From the NCBI GenBank assembly GCA_965214705.1, contig CBDCCI010000002.1, positions 2,880,001 through 2,944,000 on the forward strand: DNA of 64,000 nucleotides, written 5' to 3'. Source of the DNA: Alphaproteobacteria bacterium. Lineage in GTDB: Bacteria; Pseudomonadota; Alphaproteobacteria; UBA828. Positions 9,495-19,017 of this stretch are shown one piece after another (the stretch's first letter is position 1; the number at the start of each line of letters is the position of its first letter). Position numbers and translations under genes: made by a program. The notes beneath the pieces were generated by a model. The model made no database searches. It had not been told where the DNA came from and saw nothing but the letters and a program-made list of their open reading frames with translations.

Positions 9495-11654
9495 CCCAAG
9501 TTGGCACTTTTTCCGACCAGCCGAGCCTGTTCGAGCTAGTTTTGCGGCGCTGAACCACTAGATGTTGGGGTTGGAGGACACCTGAGACCCACATTTGCCA
9601 TTCGTGGTCCTGGAAGCCAATTGTGGGGCCAGGACTTTGGAGTTGAGTCGATATCCCTCTTGCCAGATGCCGCGAACGCCGTGTATGCGAAACAGGCATC
9701 GCAGAAACGGCGCCGCCATGTACATCAAGGCAACCAGGACACACACCGACAAGGCCGGCCAGCCGGTCCGAAGCCATCGCCTCGTGCTCGCCCAGCGCGT
9801 CGGCGACAAGGTGCGCCACAGGACGCTGCTCAATCTCGGCACCGACTATCCGGTGCCGCGCGAGAAGTGGAAGGCCGTCACCGAACTCGCCGAGGCGCTG
9901 CTTCACGGCAAGCCGCCGCTGTTCGAGGGCGAGGCGGATGTGCGGGCCGCAGCCGAGGACATCGTCGCCAAGCTCAGGGCCAGGGGGTTCCGCGTCGAGG
10001 CGATGCAGGAAGAGGCGCGCAAGCCCGACATCGCCACCGTCGACCTCGATACCCTGGAGCACGAGAACCCGCGCACGGTCGGCTGCGAGCGCCTGTGCCT
10101 CAAGGCCCTCGACGCCCTCGGCTTCGCCGAAATCCTCCACGGCCTCGACATCAAGGGCCGCGACGGGCGCATCGCCAGCGCGCTGATCGTCGCCAGGATG
10201 GTCCATCCCGCCAGCGAGCGTGATACCAGCCGCTGGCTCCGCCACGACAGCGCGGCCGCCGAGCTCCTGGGCCTGGAGGGCGACCGCAAGGCGCTGCGGC
10301 GCAAGACGCTCTACCGCATCGGCGACCTGCTCTGGCGCCACCGCGCCGCCATCCAGCGGGAGCTGTTCAACCGTGAGCGCGCACTGCTCGACCTGCCCGA
10401 GACGATCGCCTTCTACGATCTCACCAACGTCCACTACCACGGCCACACGGGCGGCGAGCTTCCCAGGTTCGGGCGCTCCAAGCAGAAGCGCGACGACTGT
10501 CCCCTCATCACGCTGGCGCTGGCGCTCGACGGCGCGGGCTTCCCGCGCAGTTGCGAGATCCTGCCGGGCAACGTGAGCGAGCCGGGCACGCTGCACGAGG
10601 CGCTGGCGCGGCTCGAGGCGGTGTGCGGCGGCACGGCGCCGAAGCCCACGGTGGTCATGGACGCGGGCATCGCCACCGAGAAAAACATCGCGTGGCTGGG
10701 CGAGCAGGGCTACGACTGGATCGCGGTCAGCCGCGGTGCCAGGCCTGCGCCGCCCGAGGGCGGACCCGAGGCCCTGCTGATCACCAGCGCGCGCCACGAG
10801 GTGCGGGCCTGGCGGCTTGCCAGCGAGGACGGCGAGGCGCGGCTCTACGTCGTCAGCGAGGGCAAGAAGAAGGCCGAGAACGCGATCATCGGCCTGAGGC
10901 GGAACCGCTTCGAGGCGGCGCTGGAAAGGCTCCACGGCGGCCTCCCGGTCAAGGGCCGCCTCAAGCGCTACGACAAGGTGCTGGAGAGCATAGGCCGCCT
11001 CAAGCAGCGCTTCTCCGCCGTCGCCAGGCACTACGAGATCACGGTCGAGAGGGCGAAAACCGGCCCCAATGCCACCGCCGTGCGCTTCAAGCGCAGGCCG
11101 CGATACGACGAGGCCGATGAGGGCGCCGGTGCCTATGTGCTGCGCACCAGCCACGTCGACTGGGACATCGAGACGGTCCTGCGGACGTACTGGCGGATCA
11201 CGGATATCGAGGCGACATTCCGGAGCCTGAAATCCGAGCTCGGCCTTCGCCCGATCTGGCACCAGCTCGACCGGCGCATCGCGGCCCACCTGCTGATCGC
11301 CGTGCTGGCCTACCACGCCGTGCATCTGATCCGTACCCGGCTGGCCGCGCGCGGCATCCACAAGTGCTGGGCGTCGATCCGCGAGAGCATGCGGACCTGG
11401 GTGCGGATCACCACGCGCCTGCGCCAGACCGACGGCACCTTGATCGTCAACCGCCAGGACACGCGCCCGGCCGCCGAGGTTGCCGCAATCTCCTCGGCGG
11501 CGGGCGTGGACCCCGCCATCCACCGCACGAGGACCCGTCTGATGAGCTGACAGAATCTCACAAAATGTGGGGCCATGTTGGAATCGACCGAGAAAAATAT
11601 CGCGTTGAATCAAACCAATAGGGAACACAGGCAGCGGAAAAGTGCCAACTTGGG
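9495..11654 (+). mobile_element. IS1634-family insertion sequence
   Basis: Terminal IRs CCCAAGTTGGCACTTTT / AAAAGTGCCAACTTGGG; GTGA duplicated at 9491-9494 and 11655-11658. Confidence 0.92.
9718..11550 (+). CDS. IS1634-family DDE transposase
   Basis: YDLTNVHY, GRSKQKRDD, VVMDAGI, IEATFRSLKSELGLRPIWH. Confidence 0.92.
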   Translation: MYIKATRTHTDKAGQPVRSHRLVLAQRVGDKVRHRTLLNLGTDYPVPREKWKAVTELAEALLHGKPPLFEGEADVRAAAEDIVAKLRARGFRVEAMQEEARKPDIATVDLDTLEHENPRTVGCERLCLKALDALGFAEILHGLDIKGRDGRIASALIVARMVHPASERDTSRWLRHDSAAAELLGLEGDRKALRRKTLYRIGDLLWRHRAAIQRELFNRERALLDLPETIAFYDLTNVHYHGHTGGELPRFGRSKQKRDDCPLITLALALDGAGFPRSCEILPGNVSEPGTLHEALARLEAVCGGTAPKPTVVMDAGIATEKNIAWLGEQGYDWIAVSRGARPAPPEGGPEALLITSARHEVRAWRLASEDGEARLYVVSEGKKKAENAIIGLRRNRFEAALERLHGGLPVKGRLKRYDKVLESIGRLKQRFSAVARHYEITVERAKTGPNATAVRFKRRPRYDEADEGAGAYVLRTSHVDWDIETVLRTYWRITDIEATFRSLKSELGLRPIWHQLDRRIAAHLLIAVLAYHAVHLIRTRLAARGIHKCWASIRESMRTWVRITTRLRQTDGTLIVNRQDTRPAAEVAAISSAAGVDPAIHRTRTRLMS

Positions 11655-11712
11655 GTGACAGGATCCCGCCATGCGGTGGGCGAGCGAATGGGTCGCAGCC
11701 GGTGGGGTTATA

Positions 11713-12230
11713 TGGATGCGCGGATGCCCGGAACGAGTCCGGGCATGTCCGCGCATGACGGGATGGGGCATCGCGTGCGACGGATGTTGCGGGGCACGAC
11801 GCAATGTCCACACGCGTTGGGTGCGCGATGACGAGAACGTCGGGCGGGCACTTGGGCGACTCTCGGGCAGAAAACGTTGCTGTGGAATCCCGCTTATCTC
11901 ACTTAATCCCACTTTATCCCGGAGAATCCCACCCAATCCCGGCGCATCCCGCATGAAATTAAGTTGTCGCATCCCGCTTTCGTCACGGGGCGTTCTTTCG
12001 GCCCACCCGTTCTCCCACATCGTCATGCCCGCACTTGTTGCGGGCATCCACGCGTTTTTCTGAGTACGGCGGGTTTTGCTGAGGAAGATGGCTCGATACA
12101 CGGAACGAGTGGGGGCAAGTCCAGGCTTGACGCGAGAACACCGTGCAAGCGTGCGCGACTCCTCTTGTGCGCGCGAGACCTTTCAGGCTCGCGCGACGTG
12201 GATGGCCGGAACAAGTCCGGCCATGACGAA
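11713..12230. repeat. Cluster of REP-like palindromes (GTCATGSCCG..CGGSCATCCA type)
   Basis: Copies at ~11713-11760, ~12021-12054 and ~12197-12229, in alternating orientation. Confidence 0.7.
11887..11975 (+). repeat. ATCCC motif array with 10-bp period
   Basis: ATC(C/T)C starts at 11896, 11906, 11916, 11926, 11936, 11946, plus 11887 and 11971. Confidence 0.75.
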
Positions 12231-12268
12231 AAAGAGTATTGGTCCCGCCCTAGCCGAGACTGCAGGCC

Positions 12269-14263
12269 CTACAGCAACCCCCGCACCGCCTCCACGATGC
12301 GGTCCTGCGAGGGGATGACCTCGAGCTCTAACCGGTCGTTGTAGGGCATCGGCGTGTGCGGGGCGCCGAGGCGGGCGACCGGCGCGTCGAGATAGTCGAA
12401 GGCCTTGTCCACCACCATCGCCGCAACCTCGGCGCCGAAGCCGCCGCGCACCCAGGCCTCGTGCACGATGAGGAGGCGATTGGTCTTGCGCACGCTGGCC
12501 AGGATGGTCTCCTCGTCCAGCGGCTGCAGCGTGCGGGGGTCGACCACCTCGACGCTGATGCCGTCGCGCTCCAGCACCGTGGCGGCGCTCAGCGCGCGCG
12601 GCACCATGGCGGACGTCGCGACCACGGTCACGTCCGTGCCCGCGCGCTTGATGTCGGCCTTGCCGAGGGGGATGGCGTAGAGCTCCTCCGGCACCGGGCC
12701 GTTGCCGCCGAGGTAGAGCAGCTTCTGCTCCAGGAAGACCACCGGGTTCTCGTCGCGGATCGCGGCGACCAGCAGGCCCTTGGCGTCGTAGGGGGTGGAC
12801 GGCGCCGCCACCACCAGCCCCGGCACGTGGGTGAACCAGGCCTCCAGGCTCTGGCTGTGCTGGGCCGCGAGCCGGATGCCGCCGCCTTGCGGGCCGCGCA
12901 CCACCAGCGGCACGCTGGGCTTGCCCCCCAGCATGAAGCGGAACTTGGCCGCCTGGTTGACCAGCATGTCCATGGTGAGCGCCACGAAGTCGAAGATCTG
13001 GATCTCCACGACAGGACGCATGCCGGCGATGGCGGCGCCGACGCCGCAGCCGACGAAGGTGGCCTCGGAGATCGGCGTGTCGCGCACACGCTCAGGCCCG
13101 TAGCGGTCCATCAGCCCCTTGGAGACGCCGAAGATGCCGCCGGTGGCGCCGACATCCTCGCCCATGAGGAAGACCCGGTCGTCGCGCAGCATCTCCTGGT
13201 CCAGCGCCTCGTTGAGCGCCTCGGGGTAGGAGAGCTCGCGCTCGGTCTCGGGCCCCGGCTCGGTGTGCGCCGCGTGGGGGGCGTAGACCGCATCGAGCAT
13301 CACGTGCACCGGCGGCTCCGGGCTCTCGCGGCCGTAAGAGACGGCGGTCTCGATCTCATCGTCTACGGCCTGCGTGGTCTCGTCGAACTGCTCGTCGGAG
13401 AAGCTGGCTTCGGAGGTGAGGCGCTTTTCCATGCGCGCGATGGGGTCGCGGTCCAGCCAGGATTCGAGCTCGTCCTCGGGCCGCGGATCGCGCAGATTGA
13501 CGCGGAGCGAGTGCTGGCCGTGGCGGTAGGTCATCGCCTCGATCAGGGTCGGCCCCTCGCCGGCGCGGGCGCGGTCCACCGCCTCGCGCAGCACGAGGTA
13601 GACCTCCACGCCGTCGTTGCCGTCCACGGTGATGCCGGGGATCTCGTAGGAGGCCGCGCGGTTCGAGACTTGGGAGACCGCCGTGGTGTTCCGATAGGAG
13701 GTGGAGAGCGCGTACTGGTTGTTCTCGCAGACGAAGATCACCGGCAGCTTCCATACCGCAGCCAGGTTGAGCGATTCGTGGAAGACGCCCTGGTTCGACG
13801 CGCCGTCACCGAAGAAGGCCACCGCGACCCGATCCGTCCCCTGCAGCTTGGCGGCGAGGCCCGCGCCGGTGGCGAGCGGCATGGCGGCGCCGACGATGCC
13901 GTTCGCGCCCATGATGTTGAGCTCCATGTCCGCGATGTGCATGGAGCCGCCGAGGCCCTGGCAGTAGCCGGTCTGGCGGCCCATCAGCTCCGCCATCATG
14001 CGGTCGATGCGCGCGCCCTTGGCGATGCAGTGGCCGTGGCCGCGGTGGTAGGAGGCGATGATGTCGTCATCGCGCAGCGCCGCGCAGACGCCGGCGGCGA
14101 TCGCCTCCTCGCCCTTGTAGCTGTGGGCCGTGCCCTTAACGACGCCTTCCTGGAAGAGGTCGGCGGTCTTGTCCTCGAAGGCGCGGATGCGGCGCATGGT
14201 GACGTAGAGGTCGCGGAGGGTCTCCGCCTCCACGGTAATGTTGCTGGTCGCGCTCTCGTTCAT
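12269..14263 (-). CDS. Fused E1 alpha/beta 2-oxoacid dehydrogenase (TPP-dependent)
   Basis: Alpha domain (HRGHGH, GGSMH, FGDGA..ENNQY) joined in frame to beta domain (MGEDV, DTPISE, AAQHSQ). Confidence 0.9.
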   Translation of the reverse strand: MNESATSNITVEAETLRDLYVTMRRIRAFEDKTADLFQEGVVKGTAHSYKGEEAIAAGVCAALRDDDIIASYHRGHGHCIAKGARIDRMMAELMGRQTGYCQGLGGSMHIADMELNIMGANGIVGAAMPLATGAGLAAKLQGTDRVAVAFFGDGASNQGVFHESLNLAAVWKLPVIFVCENNQYALSTSYRNTTAVSQVSNRAASYEIPGITVDGNDGVEVYLVLREAVDRARAGEGPTLIEAMTYRHGQHSLRVNLRDPRPEDELESWLDRDPIARMEKRLTSEASFSDEQFDETTQAVDDEIETAVSYGRESPEPPVHVMLDAVYAPHAAHTEPGPETERELSYPEALNEALDQEMLRDDRVFLMGEDVGATGGIFGVSKGLMDRYGPERVRDTPISEATFVGCGVGAAIAGMRPVVEIQIFDFVALTMDMLVNQAAKFRFMLGGKPSVPLVVRGPQGGGIRLAAQHSQSLEAWFTHVPGLVVAAPSTPYDAKGLLVAAIRDENPVVFLEQKLLYLGGNGPVPEELYAIPLGKADIKRAGTDVTVVATSAMVPRALSAATVLERDGISVEVVDPRTLQPLDEETILASVRKTNRLLIVHEAWVRGGFGAEVAAMVVDKAFDYLDAPVARLGAPHTPMPYNDRLELEVIPSQDRIVEAVRGLL

Positions 14264-14484
14264 CGCCCTTCGCCTCCCTGGCGTGCCGCTCTGGCCCCGG
14301 CGCATTGTTCACGACTGTGCTTCGGCGCGCCACCCCAAGTCTTAAGGCCGCACGCTCCTCCCCTCTGCTGCCAGTTCACTGTCGTCCGGACGGAACGAAA
14401 TGATTTGACCGGCGTGCCCGGCATTCGAAGGATCGACGCCCGCGACGCCTTGCCGCGCGCGAGAGGTGCGATGGACCGGATGCC

Positions 14485-15720
14485 GTGATCGCTCAGGCCA
14501 TACTGCGGAGGCCGCCGGCGTTGATCGCCGTGATGTGCCTCGCCGAGGTGCTCGCGATGACCGGCTTCGCGGCCTACTGGTCGCTGCTGCCGGTGCTCCA
14601 GGCCGAGTGGCACATGAGCAACGCCATGGCCGGCTGGCTCTCGGGCGCGTTCTTCGGCGGTTACGTCCTGGTGGTCGCGTTTCTGACCGCGATGACGGAC
14701 CGGGTCGATGCCCGCTACGTCTTCATCCTGGGTGCGGCGCTGTCTGCCGCCGGTCTGGTCGGGCTGGCGCTGCTGGCGACGGGATTCTGGTCGGCTCTGC
14801 CGTGGCGCGTGATCGCGGGCGCAGGCCTCGCTGGCACCTACATGCCGGGCCTCAAGGTGCTCACCGACCGCCTGCCGCAAGAACGACAGGCACGCGCGGT
14901 GGCCTTCTACACGTCCTCCTTCAGCATCGGCACGGCGGTGTCCTATTCCCTCGCGGGCGGCGCGCTGGAGTGGTTCGGCTGGCGCGGCGCCCTGCTGTTC
15001 ACGGCCGCCGGCCCGGTCCTTGCCGGCATCGCGCTTGCGACGATCGTCGCACCGCGGCAGCCGGAAGCGGCCGCCGAGGAACGCGGCCACGTGCTCGACT
15101 TCCGCCCGGTGCTGCGCTCGCGGGAGACCATGGCCTACATCATGGCCTACGCCGGCCACGGGGCCGAGCTCTTCGCCATGCGCTCCTGGATCGTGCCCTT
15201 CCTGGTGTTCTGCCTGGGCAGCGGCAGCGGACGCGAGCTCAACGCCACGCTCTTCGCCACGGCGATCGCCCTCGTCGCGGTGGTGTCGAGCATCGGCGGA
15301 GCGGAGCTTGCGTTGCGCATCGGCCGCGTGCGTCTGCTCACCTGGGTAATGCTGGCGACCTTCGCGATCAGCGTCGCGGTCGGCTTTTCCTCGCCGCTTC
15401 CCTTCGCCGTGGTGGTGGTGCTTTGCCTGATTTATTCTGCCGCGATTCAGGCCGATTCTGCGGCGCTTACCGCCGGTGCCGTCGCTACCTCGCCGGTGGG
15501 TCATCGCGGCGCGACGCTGGCGGTGCATTCGACGCTGGGGTTCGGTGGCTCGCTGTTCGCGCCGGCGCTTGTGGGCGTGGTGCTCGACGTTGCCGCGCCA
15601 CTGGGCGGCACGACCGCATGGGGTCTCGCTTTCCTTTCAATGGGATCGATGGCGCTGCTCGGCTACGTTTTTTTCCTGCTGGTACGCCGACGCCCGGCTC
15701 ACGGGCCGACTTTGGGATAG
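14485..15720 (+). CDS. MFS transporter
   Basis: About 12 hydrophobic segments; TDRVDAR motif-A-like loop; YMPGLK. Confidence 0.88.
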   Translation: MIAQAILRRPPALIAVMCLAEVLAMTGFAAYWSLLPVLQAEWHMSNAMAGWLSGAFFGGYVLVVAFLTAMTDRVDARYVFILGAALSAAGLVGLALLATGFWSALPWRVIAGAGLAGTYMPGLKVLTDRLPQERQARAVAFYTSSFSIGTAVSYSLAGGALEWFGWRGALLFTAAGPVLAGIALATIVAPRQPEAAAEERGHVLDFRPVLRSRETMAYIMAYAGHGAELFAMRSWIVPFLVFCLGSGSGRELNATLFATAIALVAVVSSIGGAELALRIGRVRLLTWVMLATFAISVAVGFSSPLPFAVVVVLCLIYSAAIQADSAALTAGAVATSPVGHRGATLAVHSTLGFGGSLFAPALVGVVLDVAAPLGGTTAWGLAFLSMGSMALLGYVFFLLVRRRPAHGPTLG

Positions 15721-16035
15721 ACGGCGACCGAACGCGCCGCTCCAATCCGAACCAAGATTTCGCGAGGGTGTGAGGCACTATGTCGATTTGGACATACCAT
15801 TTTATCTGTTCTATATGGCTTATTTACATGATAATGGAGTGTTCTGCCGCCGGTATCCCTGTCCTCGCTGGGCCGGTCGCAGCGTAGTCGCGGCGCCGCG
15901 TCCGATCCCGGGCCGGCGGCGGACAAGGCCCCGGTGCCGCTGGCGGCCACTGTTTGCCTCCTGGGCTCTCGGCGGTCCGGTGGCGCCGGGGCCGGCTTTA
16001 CTTGCCGGAGACATGGACCGCGCCCGCGACTCCGC

Positions 16036-16422
16036 TCAGGCGCCCCCTCCCAGCAGATGTGCGTTGATCTGGTCGAGCTGCTTGTCGAGGCCGGCGATCA
16101 TCTTGTCCATGCCATCGAGGGTCGCGCGGAGCGCCGCGATCTCCCCCTGAACCGCCGTGACCGAGCGTCCGAGAGTTGCGAACTCGCGGGCGTCGGGAAG
16201 GGATTCGAGCGCCGTGGAAAGCTTGACCAGGCCGCGCTCGACGGTCTCCATGCGCGCGCCCAGGGCGCCGACGCCGGTGTCGCGCCTCTCCAGGTCGCTG
16301 ACGCTCTTGGTGGTAACGGCACCGGCGGATTCGAGCCGGCGCACGCGCACGAAGAGACCGACGCAGGCGCCGACGATGGCGCCGACCACGCCGCGCGCGA
16401 CCCACGTCTCGAGATCGCTCAT
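16036..16422 (-). CDS. DUF2730-like phage membrane/coiled-coil protein
   Basis: N-terminal TM, coiled coil, LESLPDARE motif, ends INAHLL; ATGA overlap with the upstream gene. Confidence 0.6.
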   Translation of the reverse strand: MSDLETWVARGVVGAIVGACVGLFVRVRRLESAGAVTTKSVSDLERRDTGVGALGARMETVERGLVKLSTALESLPDAREFATLGRSVTAVQGEIAALRATLDGMDKMIAGLDKQLDQINAHLLGGGA

Positions 16423-16949
16423 CGACCGGCCGCCCCGCCCTCGCGCGAACGCCGCTTCTCGATCTGACGGGCGCCGAACCACCAGAGCATCGCGGCGGTG
16501 AAGAGATAGAGCACGGTCTCGACGATGCGGGGCCGGAGGCTTACGGCTGCGAGATCGGAAGCGCCGAGCAGGAAGTAGATCGCGCCCACGAGAGCGAAGA
16601 GGCTCCAGGTGAGCGCCGGCCGCGTGAGGCCCCGCACCACGTCGACGAGCTGCATGGCCCAGCCCTCGCCGGGCTTGGACCAGCGCCGGGCGGCCTCCCG
16701 GTAGGAAGCCTCCATGGCCTCCCACTCGGCCCGCTCGCGGGTGGCCTGAGCCTCGATGGCGGCATGCGCCGCAGCGCCCTCCGCCTCGGCCTTGGCGAGC
16801 TCGATGTCGAGACGGCGCAGATCCAGCTCCTGGGCGTGCCGCTGGCGCGACTGGAAGAAGTCGACCACGGCCGACAGCGCCGTGCCGAGCAGCCCGGTCG
16901 CGCCGCCGGTGAGTACCGAGACGCCGAAGTTGAAAAGCGTTTCAAGCAT
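16419..16949 (-). CDS. Holin-like phage membrane protein
   Basis: GGATGLLG N-terminus, coiled coil, VRGLTRP, two TMs, WWFGAR; follows the putative endolysin. Confidence 0.6.
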   Translation of the reverse strand: MLETLFNFGVSVLTGGATGLLGTALSAVVDFFQSRQRHAQELDLRRLDIELAKAEAEGAAAHAAIEAQATRERAEWEAMEASYREAARRWSKPGEGWAMQLVDVVRGLTRPALTWSLFALVGAIYFLLGASDLAAVSLRPRIVETVLYLFTAAMLWWFGARQIEKRRSREGGAAGR

Positions 16950-16994
16950 GGGACTCTCCTATGCGCCCTACCGCTTCAATACTTGAGGGCGCGT

Positions 16995-17483
16995 TCATTC
17001 CGTTCGCCCTATTGCTGGGCTCGTTTGCCGCGCGCCTACCGGCGCGACGCTTGAGGGCGGGTTGATCTCCAGTTCGAAGGGTTGGTCCGCGGCCCAGTCC
17101 ATGAGGTGACGGAAGGCCGTGCGCGAGGCGAGCACCGCCGCCTGCTGGCGCCCCTTCACGCTCAACCGCCCCCGGCGGAGACCGGGCAGCAGGCAGCCCT
17201 GGGTGTGGGTATGCCAGCCGCGCTCCACGTCGCCGCCGAGGTTGCCGGCATGGAAGAGGATGTGGCTGCGGCCCGGCACCTGAGTCACCAGCAGGCAGCG
17301 CCGGTGGCGCGGCGAAAGGTGCGGCACAACATCGTAGAGCCCAGCCGGGATGCAGGAGCGGTTGCGCCGGTTGCCGCGCCAGGGCGGCTCCATGATCCAG
17401 GTGGGCGAGAGGCCGGGGCCGCTCAGGACCCCGACGGTGCCCTGGTCGCTTTCGTGCCGCCGTGTGAGGATCGCCCGTTGCAT
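16995..17483 (-). CDS. DUF5675-family protein (putative endolysin)
   Basis: EPPW..N..SCIPAGLY, VPGRSHILFHAGN, TQGCLLPG, SRTAF. Confidence 0.75.
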   Translation of the reverse strand: MQRAILTRRHESDQGTVGVLSGPGLSPTWIMEPPWRGNRRNRSCIPAGLYDVVPHLSPRHRRCLLVTQVPGRSHILFHAGNLGGDVERGWHTHTQGCLLPGLRRGRLSVKGRQQAAVLASRTAFRHLMDWAADQPFELEINPPSSVAPVGARQTSPAIGRTE

Positions 17484-17535
17484 GGGGCGATCATGGCGGG
17501 GCGGGCCCCGCCCGTGCACCGCACCATGGTCCGGG
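17484..17535 (-). promoter_or_regulatory. Putative Mor/C-activated leaderless promoter of the lysis-type cassette, copy B
   Basis: 23-bp box, 17-nt spacer, CATGAT, 6 nt, then ATG; no Shine-Dalgarno sequence. Confidence 0.65.
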
Positions 17536-17566
17536 TTCTACCGACTGCGCGCGCGTCTGGTCGGGG

Positions 17567-18118
17567 TCAGTCCACCAGCCACTTGATGCGCCAGAATGCG
17601 ATCGCGTCGAGCGCCATATTTGGGCCGACGAGGTCGGGCGTGGCGCCGAGCGCGGCGCGGCGCGTGGGGCGTGTCGTGGCGTCTTCAGCGCCCTCCCAAG
17701 GCAGCGGACCCTGCCAGATGATCTTGTCCTTGATCGCGTAGAGGGCGCAGGCGGGCCGGTCTGCGGGGTGAGCCTCCGCAACCGCCTCGCGGCAGCGTTC
17801 GAGCGCCCGGTACGTGTAGTGGACGTCTTTGACCGACCGGGCGAACGGATTGTCCAGAACGTGGCAGCCGCCTGTCGCGCAATAGACGTACCAGCCTCCC
17901 CGCCCGTTTCGGTCGAGCGCGAGCACGGCGTAGCGGCCCTGTGCATGGCGCAGGTAGTCGCCCCACCACGCCACGAACCAGGCAGGCGCCCCTTCGTGCA
18001 GCGCGTCGACCGACGCTGCGGTGGCGCGAATCTTGTGGCCCTCGACGTGCGTGATCGGCGAACAAGCGGCGAGCGCAGCGGCCGCCAGAACGCCGATCAG
18101 CGCTGCGCGACGCATCAT
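17567..18118 (-). CDS. Hypothetical lipoprotein coupled to the repressor
   Basis: MMRRAALIGVLAAAALAAC lipobox; four further Cys; ATG overlaps the repressor stop codon. Confidence 0.7.
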   Translation of the reverse strand: MMRRAALIGVLAAAALAACSPITHVEGHKIRATAASVDALHEGAPAWFVAWWGDYLRHAQGRYAVLALDRNGRGGWYVYCATGGCHVLDNPFARSVKDVHYTYRALERCREAVAEAHPADRPACALYAIKDKIIWQGPLPWEGAEDATTRPTRRAALGATPDLVGPNMALDAIAFWRIKWLVD

Positions 18119-19017
18119 TCGAAGGTGCGGGAGGCCCAGCGCACCTCGCCGATCACCTCCGCCTCCCGCGGCCACGGCACCGGCTGCCAGGACGGGTGAT
18201 CGCTGGCGAGGAACCATTGCCGGCCGCGCCGCTCCAGCCGCTTCACGACCAGGCCCTCGCCGGTGGTGACCACAAAGATGCGCCCGGAACGGCGGCGGGT
18301 GCGGTCGCGGTCCACCAGGATCTTGGAGCCGGCCGGCAGCGTGGGCTCCATCGACTCGCCCCGCACCGAAATCACCACGCAGCGCGTCGGGTCGATGCCT
18401 TGGCCATCGAGCCAGTCACGGCGGAACCAGACCGGACCCTTGACCGGTGCATCGTCGAGATTGACCGTGCCGCCGCCCGCCGCCGCTGCGACCTCGCGCG
18501 TCCCCACCGAGCGCGCGCCGGGCGGCACGCCGTTCTCGTTCGCTGCAGCGACCGGCCGGGCGTCGGAGTCGGCGAAGCCCGCCACAGGGGGCGCGCCCAG
18601 CTCCTCCGGGATCGGGTCGCCGCCGGCGTCTGCGACGAGCCCCACCAGCGCCCGGACCGGCCCCTCCAGGCTGAATATCGGCACCGCCGGCGGGGCTGCC
18701 GGCAATGCACCGCCCCACTCCGTACCCGTCAATTCCGACAGTGCTCCCGCTCCCCCCAGGCCGACCTCGTCGTCCTCACCATCGGCGCGCGGATCGGCAG
18801 GCGGGCCGATCGAAAGTGTGAGCCCGAGCGCGGCGCAGATTTCGGCCGCGCGGTCCACCGACGGCGCCTGTTGGCGGGTCGGGTCCAGAATTCCCCGCAG
18901 CGTCCAGGGCCGGAGCCCGCGGGCCGCCTCGAAGCGCCGCGCGCCCACGCCGGCGGCCGCCAGCGCCTCGCGCACGGCACGGCGGATCTGCTCGCTCGGT
19001 CGAGTCGATTCGTTCAT
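18115..19017 (-). CDS. CI-like repressor, HTH + S24 peptidase
   Basis: N-terminal HTH (PSVDRAAEICAALGL), AAAG cleavage-site motif, VRGESMEP (Ser), VVKRL (Lys). Confidence 0.88.
   Translation of the reverse strand: MNESTRPSEQIRRAVREALAAAGVGARRFEAARGLRPWTLRGILDPTRQQAPSVDRAAEICAALGLTLSIGPPADPRADGEDDEVGLGGAGALSELTGTEWGGALPAAPPAVPIFSLEGPVRALVGLVADAGGDPIPEELGAPPVAGFADSDARPVAAANENGVPPGARSVGTREVAAAAGGGTVNLDDAPVKGPVWFRRDWLDGQGIDPTRCVVISVRGESMEPTLPAGSKILVDRDRTRRRSGRIFVVTTGEGLVVKRLERRGRQWFLASDHPSWQPVPWPREAEVIGEVRWASRTFE

Noticed and set aside
9382-11811. Long antisense ORFs (809 aa here; also 12356-14488, 31585-33735, 40480-43011, 54595-56163)
   Set aside because: Shadow frames of real genes in high-GC DNA; no recognisable motifs
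11671-12063. 130-aa ORF after the displaced -10
   Set aside because: Runs through REP-like palindromes and the ATCCC array; unlikely to be a real protein beyond a possible relic start
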